64,000 bases of DNA from Okamejei kenojei (Eukaryota), in assembly GCA_035221665.1 (NCBI GenBank), contig CM069139.1, positions 68,014,001 through 68,078,000 on the forward strand, in the 5' to 3' direction. The notes beneath the pieces are model-generated. The model worked only from the letters and a program-made list of their open reading frames with translations. It was not told the origin of the DNA and did no database searches. The translations under genes were made by a program, and so were the position numbers. How positions within the stretch are numbered: the stretch's first letter is position 1; each line of letters opens with the position of its first letter. Positions 40,801 through 52,800 of the stretch are shown here, piece after piece.

Positions 40801-43800
40801 AGATAGTGGATGTGGAAAGGATGTTTCCAGTAATGGGAGAGTCTTAAAATAGAGGTCACAGCCTCAGAATAAATGCAGGTACCTTCGGAATGAAGATGAG
40901 GAAGAATTTCTTTAGGCAGAGGGTGGTGAATCTGTGAAATTAATTGCCACAAATGGCCGTAGAGGCCAAGACATTGGAATTTTTAAAGCGTAGATTGATA
41001 GGTTTGTGACTAGTAAGAGCATTATAGGTTAGGGGGAGATGGCAAGAGAATGGGTTTGAAGGGGAAAAATAGATCAGCCATAATCGAATGGCTGCGTACT
41101 CGATGGGCCGAATAGGCTAATTCTGCTCCTATGTCGTATGGTCTTACACATCGTTTCTTGCATAAATCAAAATTACAATGGCGAGCTGACTTTCACCGGC
41201 CATTGCATTCCTGAGCAAATTGTCCAACTGTGATTCTTGTTTTAGTTCAGCATTAGCATAATGTCCCCTAATAAATTAGTATTCTTCAAACCAGCTGGAA
41301 AAGATAATTTATGTTCATTTCCAGTAAAGCTAATCTTCAAAAGAATATTGGAATTGCATGTTGAAGGACAGCCTAAGGTGTACCTGGTTCCATCCTAGTG
41401 CTTGAATGAAATGTTAATGCAGTCTTGGTTAGTTTTGAAAATCGATTTCTATGTTTTCATTTACTGGAGACCTTGACATGAAATAAGAAAAAAACTGGTG
41501 ATGCAAAGCATTGTGAGCCATTGGCTTATTAGTCATCTGTTGATTAAAGCATGCTAGATTTATCAGATATTTATTTTACTAAGTCCATTTAATTTATACT
41601 TTCAAGGATTCTGCAATCTTCCTGTGCCTATCCCTAGTTAGTACGGTCCACTTGATATCAGCTGTTTCAAACATTTCTTTCCTGGTTTTGTTTTGTAATA
41701 TACCAAAGTTGTGCACAGAAAGATCTTGGTTTTTAGTAATATTGTATTTAGATATTCCTTAATAGTTTGCTCTCTTCTTTTTTTAAGTAATGAATGCCCA
41801 TGGTTCTCATAAATAAAAACAGTGGCAGCCACTTTTAACCCAACATGTTTATTGGGAAATGATTCTGGATGGGAACTTTGCTGGTTTTACTCCCCATCTC
41901 ATTTCACTCTGTAATGGAGTATAAAATTAGTGCAGGGTGTAGAAGTGACGTTGCAACTAATCCTGTGATTAATCTGTGTTACATCATTGCTTTAATTTAG
42001 CGTCTGCAGTTGTTCTCACGCAGCAGTCTAGGTGATGAGTGGCTTTTGTAAGACTAAGCAAAACGAGATGGGCTGTGTAAAAAAGGAGTGGAATGTAAAA
42101 CCTTTAGTTTTAATATGCTTCAGACAAATCGTGAACAGACATGCATGTTGTGGTTGTTATGGATAATTGTGTAAATGGCATATCCCCACAAAAGGAAAAT
42201 ATTCAACAGCATCCGTGACTAAATTAAGATCTAGCATGCATTGTGTAGCAATTTGTCAAGTTTCTCCTGCATTATCTTCACAATTGCTAAATCTGTAGCT
42301 TAATCATAAATTTACCCTCACTTAAAGCATCTCTGTTGGAGAAATTTACATGTGTTGAACAATGCATCCCAAAGATTTTCTTTTTTCTGTATTTGGATAT
42401 CTGCATAAAACTAATCATACGCATCACACTTCATTGTAAATAGTTTAACCAAGGATTGTAGTTGATTGCTTATTTTCTTTAACAGGCGCCATCATAGTGA
42501 TGTTTGTGAAATTACACAGACAAGACTCAGGGCTTCAGTTCGGGACTTGAGGTCTCCTCAGAGGTCATCAAAATCGACAATTGAAGATGACTTAAAGAAG
42601 TTAATTAATCTGGAAAGTCCTCCTCCAGACACTGGAAAAGATGGAAAGGTATACAAATAATATTTTTTCATACTCTGTGTGAATAGTGGACCAGGATCAA
42701 ATTCCATTATACATATATTGTTTATTATGTTTTTTTACCTTTCAAACTGTCCTGCCTAACGTTTCCATATATTTTTGGTTAAAATACCATTCAACTTTAT
42801 TATAATGCATTTCTGAAGATGAGAGTGCTGTTCACCCAAGGATAGAGGAGAGAGTGAATTAAATATTGTTGGATGTTAGTCATAGAGCAAATGCCTGCCA
42901 TTTGATTGGAGACCGCTTTTAAAGTTCAAACGTTAGAGGTTTTAGTTTTGAAGCCAAGGTTTCTAGTCATGTATGTTTATGTGCACCAGATGACTTGAAG
43001 GATGTTGCAAAGGTTTTTCGTCCAGTGATAACCAATTTGAAAACCACATGAACAAAATAGTTGGTGAATGCATTTTCAAGGAACATATGAAATAAATCTT
43101 ATGCAAGAATTCTACAAATCTCACGTCACATTACTGACCTTGCTGCCTTAGTGAAAGGCCGCTTTAAGTGATCTTTGCTGTGAAATACAGTATCAAGTTT
43201 TTCAAGTGATAGAAAGCATTTGCTGGCAGTTCACGTGGCCCTCGGTGCCCTGAGGACTGAGCCAGTGTTCCTTTACAACGTGCTTGAACGATGGATAATT
43301 CATTTTCATTGCTGCAAGCAACTCTGCTTAAATACATTTGTAAAGTAGTTTTCTTGAAGTAAAAGTTACCAGTGGTTTTGTGTTTCAGATTTTTCTCACT
43401 CAAGGCTACTATGAAGCATTTCATATTGGATGATGTGCTGCCTGTAGAATAGAAGTCTGAAGTAGGGTCTCAACCTGAAACATCACCCATTTCTTCTCTC
43501 CAGAAATGCTGCCTGTCCCACTGAGTCTCTCCAGCATTTTGTGTCTATCTTCAAAGCCTCTTTCTCTCTGCTTTGTTAACGCCACTACCCCATCCTCAGT
43601 TGCGCACACAGAAATATATCTATCTCTTAATGAGCTAGCTTCCTTGAAACAAAATGGTGTTTGCTGCTCTTTGAGTGTGGTGTATTGTGCACGCATTCCT
43701 TCAAGTGTCTTAGTCAATACATACCGTAGTCCATTTCCTGGAAAATTCCTGATCAACAGATTTTGGTCTTATCCATGTCCTTCTTGTGCAGTGAGTCACA

Positions 43801-46800
43801 TGGGCCACAGGATGATTTCTCTTTAAAGAAATAACCATGTATGTGTGCAAGGATGAAATAGGATATGTAATTTCCATGTTATAACTATCCCCTACTTTTA
43901 AGGCCGTGTACTTCCCATGTGGGTGTGCCTGTTTGTATGCATACAGGCGGATAAATATATTAATATTATGGATTCAGTGACATCAATGTAAATAAAAGGT
44001 AGAAATGTGCAGAGGCTAAACGAAACATTGTGACCAAATTTCCAGTGAAGGCTTTGTGATATCTGACCGAATAAATTTTCACCCATTCCTTCTGACCAGA
44101 GGTGCTACCTGTCCCACTAAGTTACACCGGCATTTTGTGTCCATCTTCGGTTCAAATCAGCATCTGCAGTTCCTTCCAACACACTGAATATTATGTCAGA
44201 TGTAAGACATCTGAAGATTCCAGGTTGCTTTACAAACAACTATGGTCGATGTGCAGTCGCAATTATGACGGATGTATATAGATAGTATTTTGATGTGTGG
44301 TTCATGTTGTTCACGGTACCACAAATAAGAAATAAAATAAATGACAATTTGATAGTGTTAGCTGAGGGAAGAATTTTCTCCTTTTCCATTTTGAATTGTG
44401 CAAGAAATCCTTTAAAACTTGCTTGATCAGGAAGACCTGGTCTCAATTTAAGTTGGCATCTTGACATTGATACATTTAGTTACAATGTGTGAAAATGTTT
44501 GCTTTAATATGTTTCTGCCTTCATCTCTCCGTTAACCTTAACTCAATTGCTGCCTTTTCATCTCATAAAGTCAGGAAATCTTGGCTAAGCATTACTCTAG
44601 TCGTAAGCATTGTAATTTAGTTCGGCAAGTCTAACATATAGAACGTCTTCCATAATTTTAGGTCTTTCCTTTCCTTGACGTAGAAATTCAAGCCTGCCGA
44701 ATCATCTCTGACACTTGTATCGCCTTGATTCTGTTAACATGGTTGTAAATTATTTATAGTTTAAAACACTTTCTGTAATATGTACATTACTCCAAGTGTG
44801 ATCTTACCAGGTTTCATAATAAATTGAATATTTTCTCCCTGAATATTAATATCCATCTAGAAATTATCTTTATTATCCTCTTTGCGCACTATGTTTGTAC
44901 AAAGTTGTACTGCTACGTTTAGCTGTTCAAATATTGTCACGGGATTTAGCTGATCTCCAGTCAGCATTTCTGGTAGCATATCAGTAACTTCACCTCTTAC
45001 CAAAGGTAAGTGGATGTGGAGTGCAAGGTCATGAAAATAAATTTATGAATGCAAATATCTTGCTTTATTACTATCTCTCTGTTTATCTTTCTCTACTCCA
45101 AAAAGAAATTGAGAAAAAGAATAGGCGAATAGGGAGGGTTCCAACTTCTTCTATTGCTTTGCTCCAGAGATGCTGCCTGACCTGCTGAGTTAATGTGATT
45201 AAGAATTTGCATGTGGAGATGTGCATCTGAATTTGCATCTGGAAATAACACTTCAAAATAAATAATTTACTCAATGTTCACTTCAATTTCCTTGTTTGCC
45301 GATATTTTTCAAAGTCGATGTCTTGTGTTTGAATTGTTTCTGTTCCTTGCCTCTAATCTGACTCAAATGTATTTTTTCTTGACCAAGCCTTCGCTTCCGG
45401 GCACGCCCACCACCAGGAAGCCACTGCATCGGACTCTGTCGGATGAGAGCATTTACAGCGGCCAGAGAGAACCTTCATACTGCACCTCCCACCTGTCGCT
45501 CTTGGACCAAGCCTTGCCCAACGATGTCATCTTCTCCAGCACCTACCCGTCCCTGCACTACACACTGCCAGGCCGTAAGCATGGACAGTCGATAAATTCC
45601 CATCACGTGTGGGTGGTGCCCGTAGGCCCCTCTTCTGTTGTTTTGTTTGAGCGAAGCAATCTAGCGGTTCACTTTCATCTCTTCATGGTGTCTACTCAAG
45701 TTTTATATTTTGAATTCTGCCCTCCTCTCCTGGAAACACGGATATGTTTTGGAGTGTGGCTCCAGTAAAGCCAGCTGATATCACTCCACATATGCTGCTG
45801 TCAGGATGCAGTTAAAGTCAGTGTACTGTTTAACAAACTAGCTTCACTAACAAGGATTTTACCTGAGGTCTGCGTCATACAACATTAGTTGTTGAGTGGT
45901 GATAGGGAACACGAGCCCACAAAGGATGTGACCAAAATTCAGAGACATTTAAATTAATTAATAGCTCCTTAGGTGGCTTAGGTTGATTTAAAGGACAAAC
46001 CAGGATTGACGTATGGATTTTCAAACTGCACTGCAATTAACATGTGACCAATCAGTGTAGACATCCCAGAAGGACTTAGATTGTTATGTCAAGGTCCTCT
46101 TCTAAACATAAAAATTAAAGGAAAACACATCTTTAAGCTTTTGTTTTGCTTCTAAACAGTCACCAACTTTTCTACTTAGCAGAAAGAAACTGACCAGAAA
46201 ATGTGCTTTAAATAATGTTATTGCAGCTCATTAAAGGAGTAATGAATTAAAGCAGTGAAAGATGGTTATCAAACAGCTGAAGAGCAGGATGCTTGTAGTG
46301 AGGTGCATGACCAGCACCAGAACATGCAGAAGTAGTCATGTTGGTATCTTCCATCTTGCCAACTACTCCTTGGACAAGGAAGGGAGTGAGAGAATTCATC
46401 GGCAATACTCTGAAAGGGAATGCTACAAGCAGTTCCTACAGATAAAAGGTGGAGAATATAGAAAATATATATATTTAAAAAAACTAAAATTCTTAATAGA
46501 GATTGATAAGATTGTAGCTCAAACTTCTGTTTCTGAAGCCCATTTCAAATCTTTCCTGGGTTTGCTAAAGTGATATTCTCTGGTGCATATGGTGACTTTT
46601 GGTAAACATTTTGCTCCTTATTCCTCAGTTGAATTATCTGCATCTGATGGGTCGCTGTCTGATATTCACGAAAGGAGACGACAGCCACTACCAGATCCAG
46701 GGCTCATGCCCCTTCCAGATACTGCCATGGGCTTGGAATGGTCAAACCTCGTGGATGCTGCAAAGGCATTTGAAGGTAACGCATCTGTGACCATCAGATT

Positions 46801-49800
46801 AGTTTAGTTTAATTTAGAAATACAGCGTGAAAACAGGGCCTTTGACTAGAGACCACCCCTGTACTAGTTCTATCCTACGCACAAGGGACAATTTACAGAA
46901 ACCAATTCACCTGCAAACATGCACGTCTTTGGAATGGGGGAGGAAATCAGAGCAACAGGAGAAAACCCAAGCAGTCACATGGAGAACATGCAAATTACGT
47001 ACTGACAGCAACCGTAATAATCAGGATCAAACCCAAGTCAGATCCTTGTATATTATACAGAATATTGTTCCTTGTTCACCAGGAAAAAAAAAACCATTTT
47101 ATTTACTGCAGCACAATTTACTACTGGTCTCATGAAGTTCACACAAACACATGGTGACTCATTCTACTGCATTTGTCTTACAATGCCCACACTGCATTCA
47201 GCCAGTGACTGAGCAGAGAACCAGTAATGGAGGACAGTGAAACCAAGTTGTTTGGGAGTCTGTGGAGCTCATGAGATTAGCACAAGTTTCTGCCACATTG
47301 GGACAGTGCTCTGGAGTTGGTACAGGCTATTCCACTCTGACTGGAATCAGATTGAACACTGCGGATAGTTGACTGCACGCTTTCACCTTTTCGGGCATAA
47401 ATGTAATGGCAAAGAAAATATCTCCAAGCCATAGATGGATATTGTAAAATAGGAAGAGCAGTTTGCTTAGGTTAATAATTATAACGTAAATTACTTGTCC
47501 CATTAAAGTTTGTACAAGTGCCAATTTAGGTCAAAACATTAAGGTAATATTACAATACCACCATACATCTGTCTTTGTTTATTATTACTCTGATTAGTTG
47601 TATATATATATATAATTAGTTTTATATATATAAAAGCATGGTGCAATCAACTAANNNNNNNNNNNNNNNNNNNNNNNNNNNNNNNNNNNNNNNNNNNNNN
47701 NNNNNNNNNNNNNNNNNNNNNNNNNNNNNNNNNNNNNNNNNNNNNNNNNNNNNNNNNNNNNNNNNNNNNNNNNNNNNNNNNNNNNNNNNTATATGTGTTA
47801 TGTATAGAGAGAGAGATTGTCATATGCTCTGATTTTGTGCATGTGGCTTTGATGTCCTCTCTCAATTGTATCTCTAGTGTAAGTAAGGACATAAAAACCA
47901 GGAGAGTAATTTAACTTGTGAACTGCGACCCAAGAATTGGCCATGGCAGAAACCCAGCTCAGTGTGAAAAGTGTTCAGAGTTAATGTTTTAGCTGAAGGT
48001 GTGAAATTTTGAAAATTCTGAATTCAACTAGAAAAAAAATGTTACTACTGGTCTCATGAAGTCGACACAAACACATGGTGACTCATTCTACTGCAACATT
48101 TGACATTATGAAAATAATGGTGAGCATATGATGTAGGAATTTTGCTCTTCCGTGCTGAGACAATTTTGTTAACATTTTCAGGCAAGAGTGCTGGACTGGG
48201 CACGTGAAATTCCAATTACATATATATTATCTGCCAGGTTACAGAACTGTGATTGATGGTGGTTATTGTCGCTCAACTTAGTCTCACCCGTAAATAGTGC
48301 CTTTACACCTCAGTCATTATTTTACTTAGATAATACTAAGAGCCTCCGCCAAGGGCGTTACACTTGGCGGCATAACCAAGTTCTCAGACAGCTGTCATCA
48401 ATCCTTGAACAGAGGCGAACGATCACAAATGCTTCCCCACCAACATCGGCAGGAAATGTCCACTTCACAACATTTGTACCAGCAGGCCAACCTCCAGAGC
48501 ACCAGATAACATCCATGGGTGCAAGCATTCTGCAACCTGCTCGGGATTGGAAAATGGAAGTGGAATTAGAAAAAAGGCTTGTGTTTCCCCCAGACATTGT
48601 GGTTACAACGCTCCGGCCAGACATGGTCCTGTGGTCCACAACAGCCAAGTTGGCATACGTTGTGGAATTGACAGATCCGTAGGAAGATGGTGTTGAAGAA
48701 GCTTATGAGAGGAAAAAGACCAAGTACTCTGAACTGGCAACTGAAGCTTCCCAGAATGGCTGGAAGACCAAGATTTTCCCTGTCGAAGTGGGATGCAGGG
48801 GATTTGTTGCTACATCTATGACCAGGCTATTAAAGAAAATGGGGTGAGGGGTCGCTGCCTCCAACAAGCAAGCAAATCATTATCAAATTCTACGGGAAAA
48901 AGCAGCAATTGGATCTGGATCAAAAGGAGAGACAACAATTGGGCTGCAAGATGAATACAGGAGGGTATGGAATTGAGGGGGGTGTAACTGGGACGCCAGG
49001 TATCACCGTTGAGCCCTCTGGAGATGTTGTGGGCTTATCAATGAAACATCAAAGAAGGAGGGTGCCCACCTGATGACCCTGATGACGTACCTACCCTACC
49101 TTTCACCACTCCAATCCCACTGCAAATAGCAAGAGTGCCGACTTATTACAGGGATTTAAACAACAAGTCGTATTAGTTCTACTTTAAAGGTAAAGCTGTG
49201 CACTTGAAAACTGCACGTTTTATTGAAAAATATTATTTTGCTGTTCAGAGCTGTTTAATTACTGATACTTGACGATATCTGATGATTTCAGTTGCAACCA
49301 AATGAGGATGTTGTTATCAACAGCAGCTTATACACCAGAGATATGCCACTAGTACCTCAAAACTGTTTGGAAATATGAAGGACGAATTTAGGCTGGGAAT
49401 CAGCGAGAGTTCCTTGTTTTAAAATAATGTGATGGGATTACAAGAAGTTTTTCAGACCATGAGAATAAGCTGGCAGCACCTACCCTTCCGCGAGGCAGAT
49501 TGCCAGACATACAAATCCAAGAACCACAAAAAACAGAGTCATGGACTCATACAGCAAAGAAATGGGCCCTTTGGCCCACCTTGCCCACACCGACCAACAT
49601 GTCCCACCTCCCCGTGTTTGGCCCATACCCCTCTAAACCTATCTTATCCATGTACCTGTCTAAATATTTCTTAAACATTGCGATAGTACTTGCCTCAACT
49701 ACCTCCTCCAGGAGCTTATTTCATACACCCACCACCCTTTGTGTAAAAAAAAAGTTGCATTTTAGGTTCCTATTAAAGCTTCCTCTTCCCCCCCCCCCCC

Positions 49801-52800
49801 CCCCCCTATTAAAGCTTCCTCTTCCCCCCCCCCACCATAAACCCATGTCCTCTGGTTCTCAATTGTCCTATACTGGGCAAGAGACTCTTGTGTGTTTACC
49901 CAATCTATTCTTCTCCTCATGATTTTGTACACCTCTATACAATCTATAGGAGCACAAGGAGGCTGCTCATCCACTTGTATCTGCCCTGCTGTTCAATGTG
50001 ATTATGGTTAATCAGTCCCTGGCTTCATTTCCTCTTCTGTGCCAGTTTCCATTCTTATAAATTCAAAAGTACATGTGTAGTAATAATAAATATAAGCGTG
50101 AGTATAAAGCAACCGAATGGTGCAAGATTATAGTGTGAGATCAGAGTAGTACAAACAAATGTTTAACTACAACAGCAAGCAACCAATGATGTAGTTAAGA
50201 CTATGAGACAGCACCTCTGGGAAGTGGGTGTGAAGAGGTGATTGGTTGAAGAATTTGATAGCTGTGGAGAAGAAGTAGTTCTAAAGTCTGATATTGAAGC
50301 TTTCAAGCTCTTGTACCTTTTCCCAGAAGGTAAAAGAGAGCAAGGACAATGGCCAATCTTAACTATACCTCCAGCCTTAGTGAACACGTAGTGAAAATGG
50401 ACGAGATAGAAGGAAGTGACAAGGCCATAATGGATTGAGTTGTATTCACTGCTCTGCAGGTTCAGTCAAGAGCAGAGCAGTTACCATGTTATGTTGGCTT
50501 GGATTCCATTAGACAACTTTCAATTGTGCATCTGCAGATGTTTGAGAGAATCTGCATGCCCTGTCAAATCTTTTTAGATCCCTAAGACGTAAATATGTTG
50601 CTGCACTTTCTCGATCTGTGTGAAGGGAACAGGTTATACTGCTGGTGATATGGATGTTAATGAACTTGAAACTGTCAACCATTGCTACAACCATTGAGGA
50701 CAAGAGCATGTTCACCTTCCTGCTACCTCAGATCAACAACCAACTCTTTTGGCTTGCTGACATTAAGGACTAGATTGTTGTCCTGGAACCATGACACAAT
50801 GTTCTTGATCTCTTTCCTATTCTTTGTCTCATCGTTGTTGTTGAACTAGCAAGCAACATAGTAGTAACAGCTTAAAGGAAGTATAGGTTTTGTACTTGGC
50901 TACACAATCATTCGTGCACAGGGGCAAAGCAAGGGACTGAGCCTTCAAACTCTGAGGAGCACCAGAGTCACAGTGGATGAAATGTTATGACCAATGCTAA
51001 TCGTCTGAGGTCTGCTGGCCAATAAGTCCAGATGACAGTTGAAGATGGACTGCTATGTTTCAGAGGTTTAGGGATGAGCTTATTCTGTATTATGGCGTTG
51101 AAAGCTGAGCCACAGTCTATAAATAAGGTGTAGTTAGTGTCATCAATTAATTCTCTATTCCTCCGGGAAATTCGACAACCTCTGCTAGAGGGTCACAAGG
51201 AATCTCATATGGAAGAAACAAAGAACCTTGTGACTTCACAAAAAATAGATGGAATTGATTAATGTTTATTTAGTATATCACCTGTCACTTCCCACTATCT
51301 AACTACAGAGGAAACATTTTTAATTTTTCACATTGCTGCTTCCACAATCCCCAGCCAAGATATCACTGGGTCTGTTATCAGTGATATCTTACCATTATAA
51401 ACATGTGTGTATAACTACTGTTTCTCACTTAGTTAAACTAGTCCTGTACTGCCATTATGTTTGGATGTGTGGTGCAGAAGGGAATTCAGAAAGGTGCAAT
51501 TTCACGGGCCATGACTGATTCAGACCAGGAGTTTTCTTCTGAACAATATCAGATTACCAGTATGTTTGCCAGTTGATTGTGCTGTACGTTCTGTAGATTT
51601 ATATTGTGCAGTCTCATGTTCTATCAACAGACAGAGAGGGACTCAATCACCGTGATGTAGCGTGATATTTAGATGTCTGAGAATTGGGATCTGAACAATT
51701 CTCTCTTGCGCTCCTGAGTGTATTAAATTCGCTAAGACCCTCAGTGATCCTAGATCCAACGATACCTCAATATCGTAAGAAATAGTATGGTACTGTGTTG
51801 TGACCCAAAACAAATGCAAAGTTTGGCCTAACATTTAGAAGTTGGTCACTGTTTCAAACAATTTCAAAGGCTTGGGTTAGTTGTGCTTCATAATTTTACA
51901 GGTTTATCTGATCTTGGCTAACTTTCAGTGGACTGGATTAGTGCCTTTCAAAAATCTTTTGTCCATTAACAAAAGGTTGGTGAAACAGAATAACTAATGT
52001 GATATAATTTGAAAGCTTGGCATATATATGTTGCACAATTAATGTGGCATCTGGTGTCCAGGGCATAATCTTTGTATTTCTTCAGCAATTGTTTGAGTTT
52101 CTTTATAAAATAATCATCTTTCTATTATAAAGAAAACCATAATGGGATACTCGTATGTTTTTATTAATAGTAAAACCATCAAGCTAAAAATGATATAATA
52201 AACTTTAGTGCCTTGGGAAATGAGCAAAGCTGAGCAGCATTTCCCATAATCATTGAATACATCCAGTTCCAGAGTATTGAGTATCAGCAGTCAATAGCCC
52301 CTTGTTGTCACATTCAAATGACATGTATTAAATCAGAAGTTGGCTAAGACGGGTACTATAGCTAATTTGTAAAGTAGAATTTAGGAATTCCAGAGCAACT
52401 CCTTTACAGTATAACAGCACGATTACACAAAAAAGTGAAATCATAACAGAAAATGCTAGGAACAGTCAGCAGATCTAGTGGCATCCAGATGGAGCCCAGT
52501 ATTTTTCTCAGTAATACCCAATAATTTTTTTTCTAATAAGCTGCCTGGTCTGTTGAATGAAGAATGTGTGTACATTTTTTCCCTGCTGCCTTAAGGGCAT
52601 AAAGCTGAGCTTGTTATACATCCAAACTCACCAGGCCCCTTTATGTGGCCTTTAGCTGTACTTTTTTTTAAAAATGTGAAGTAAAAGTGTATTGGTGTAT
52701 CACAAAGTGTTAAATTTAGTAGTCTGGTAAATCTTCCAGTCCAATACCACCATAGTCTAGAATGGCAGAATAGTGGTGTTTTATTGTCTTGGTTGGATTT

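Noticed and set aside
42001-42031. Exon-like segment tttag|...|gtgatg
   Set aside because: 31 nt with an in-frame TAG and a weak donor; no support.
51631-51651. Possible 21-nt phase 1-1 exon
   Set aside because: Weak donor (C|gtgatg) and no recognisable homology.
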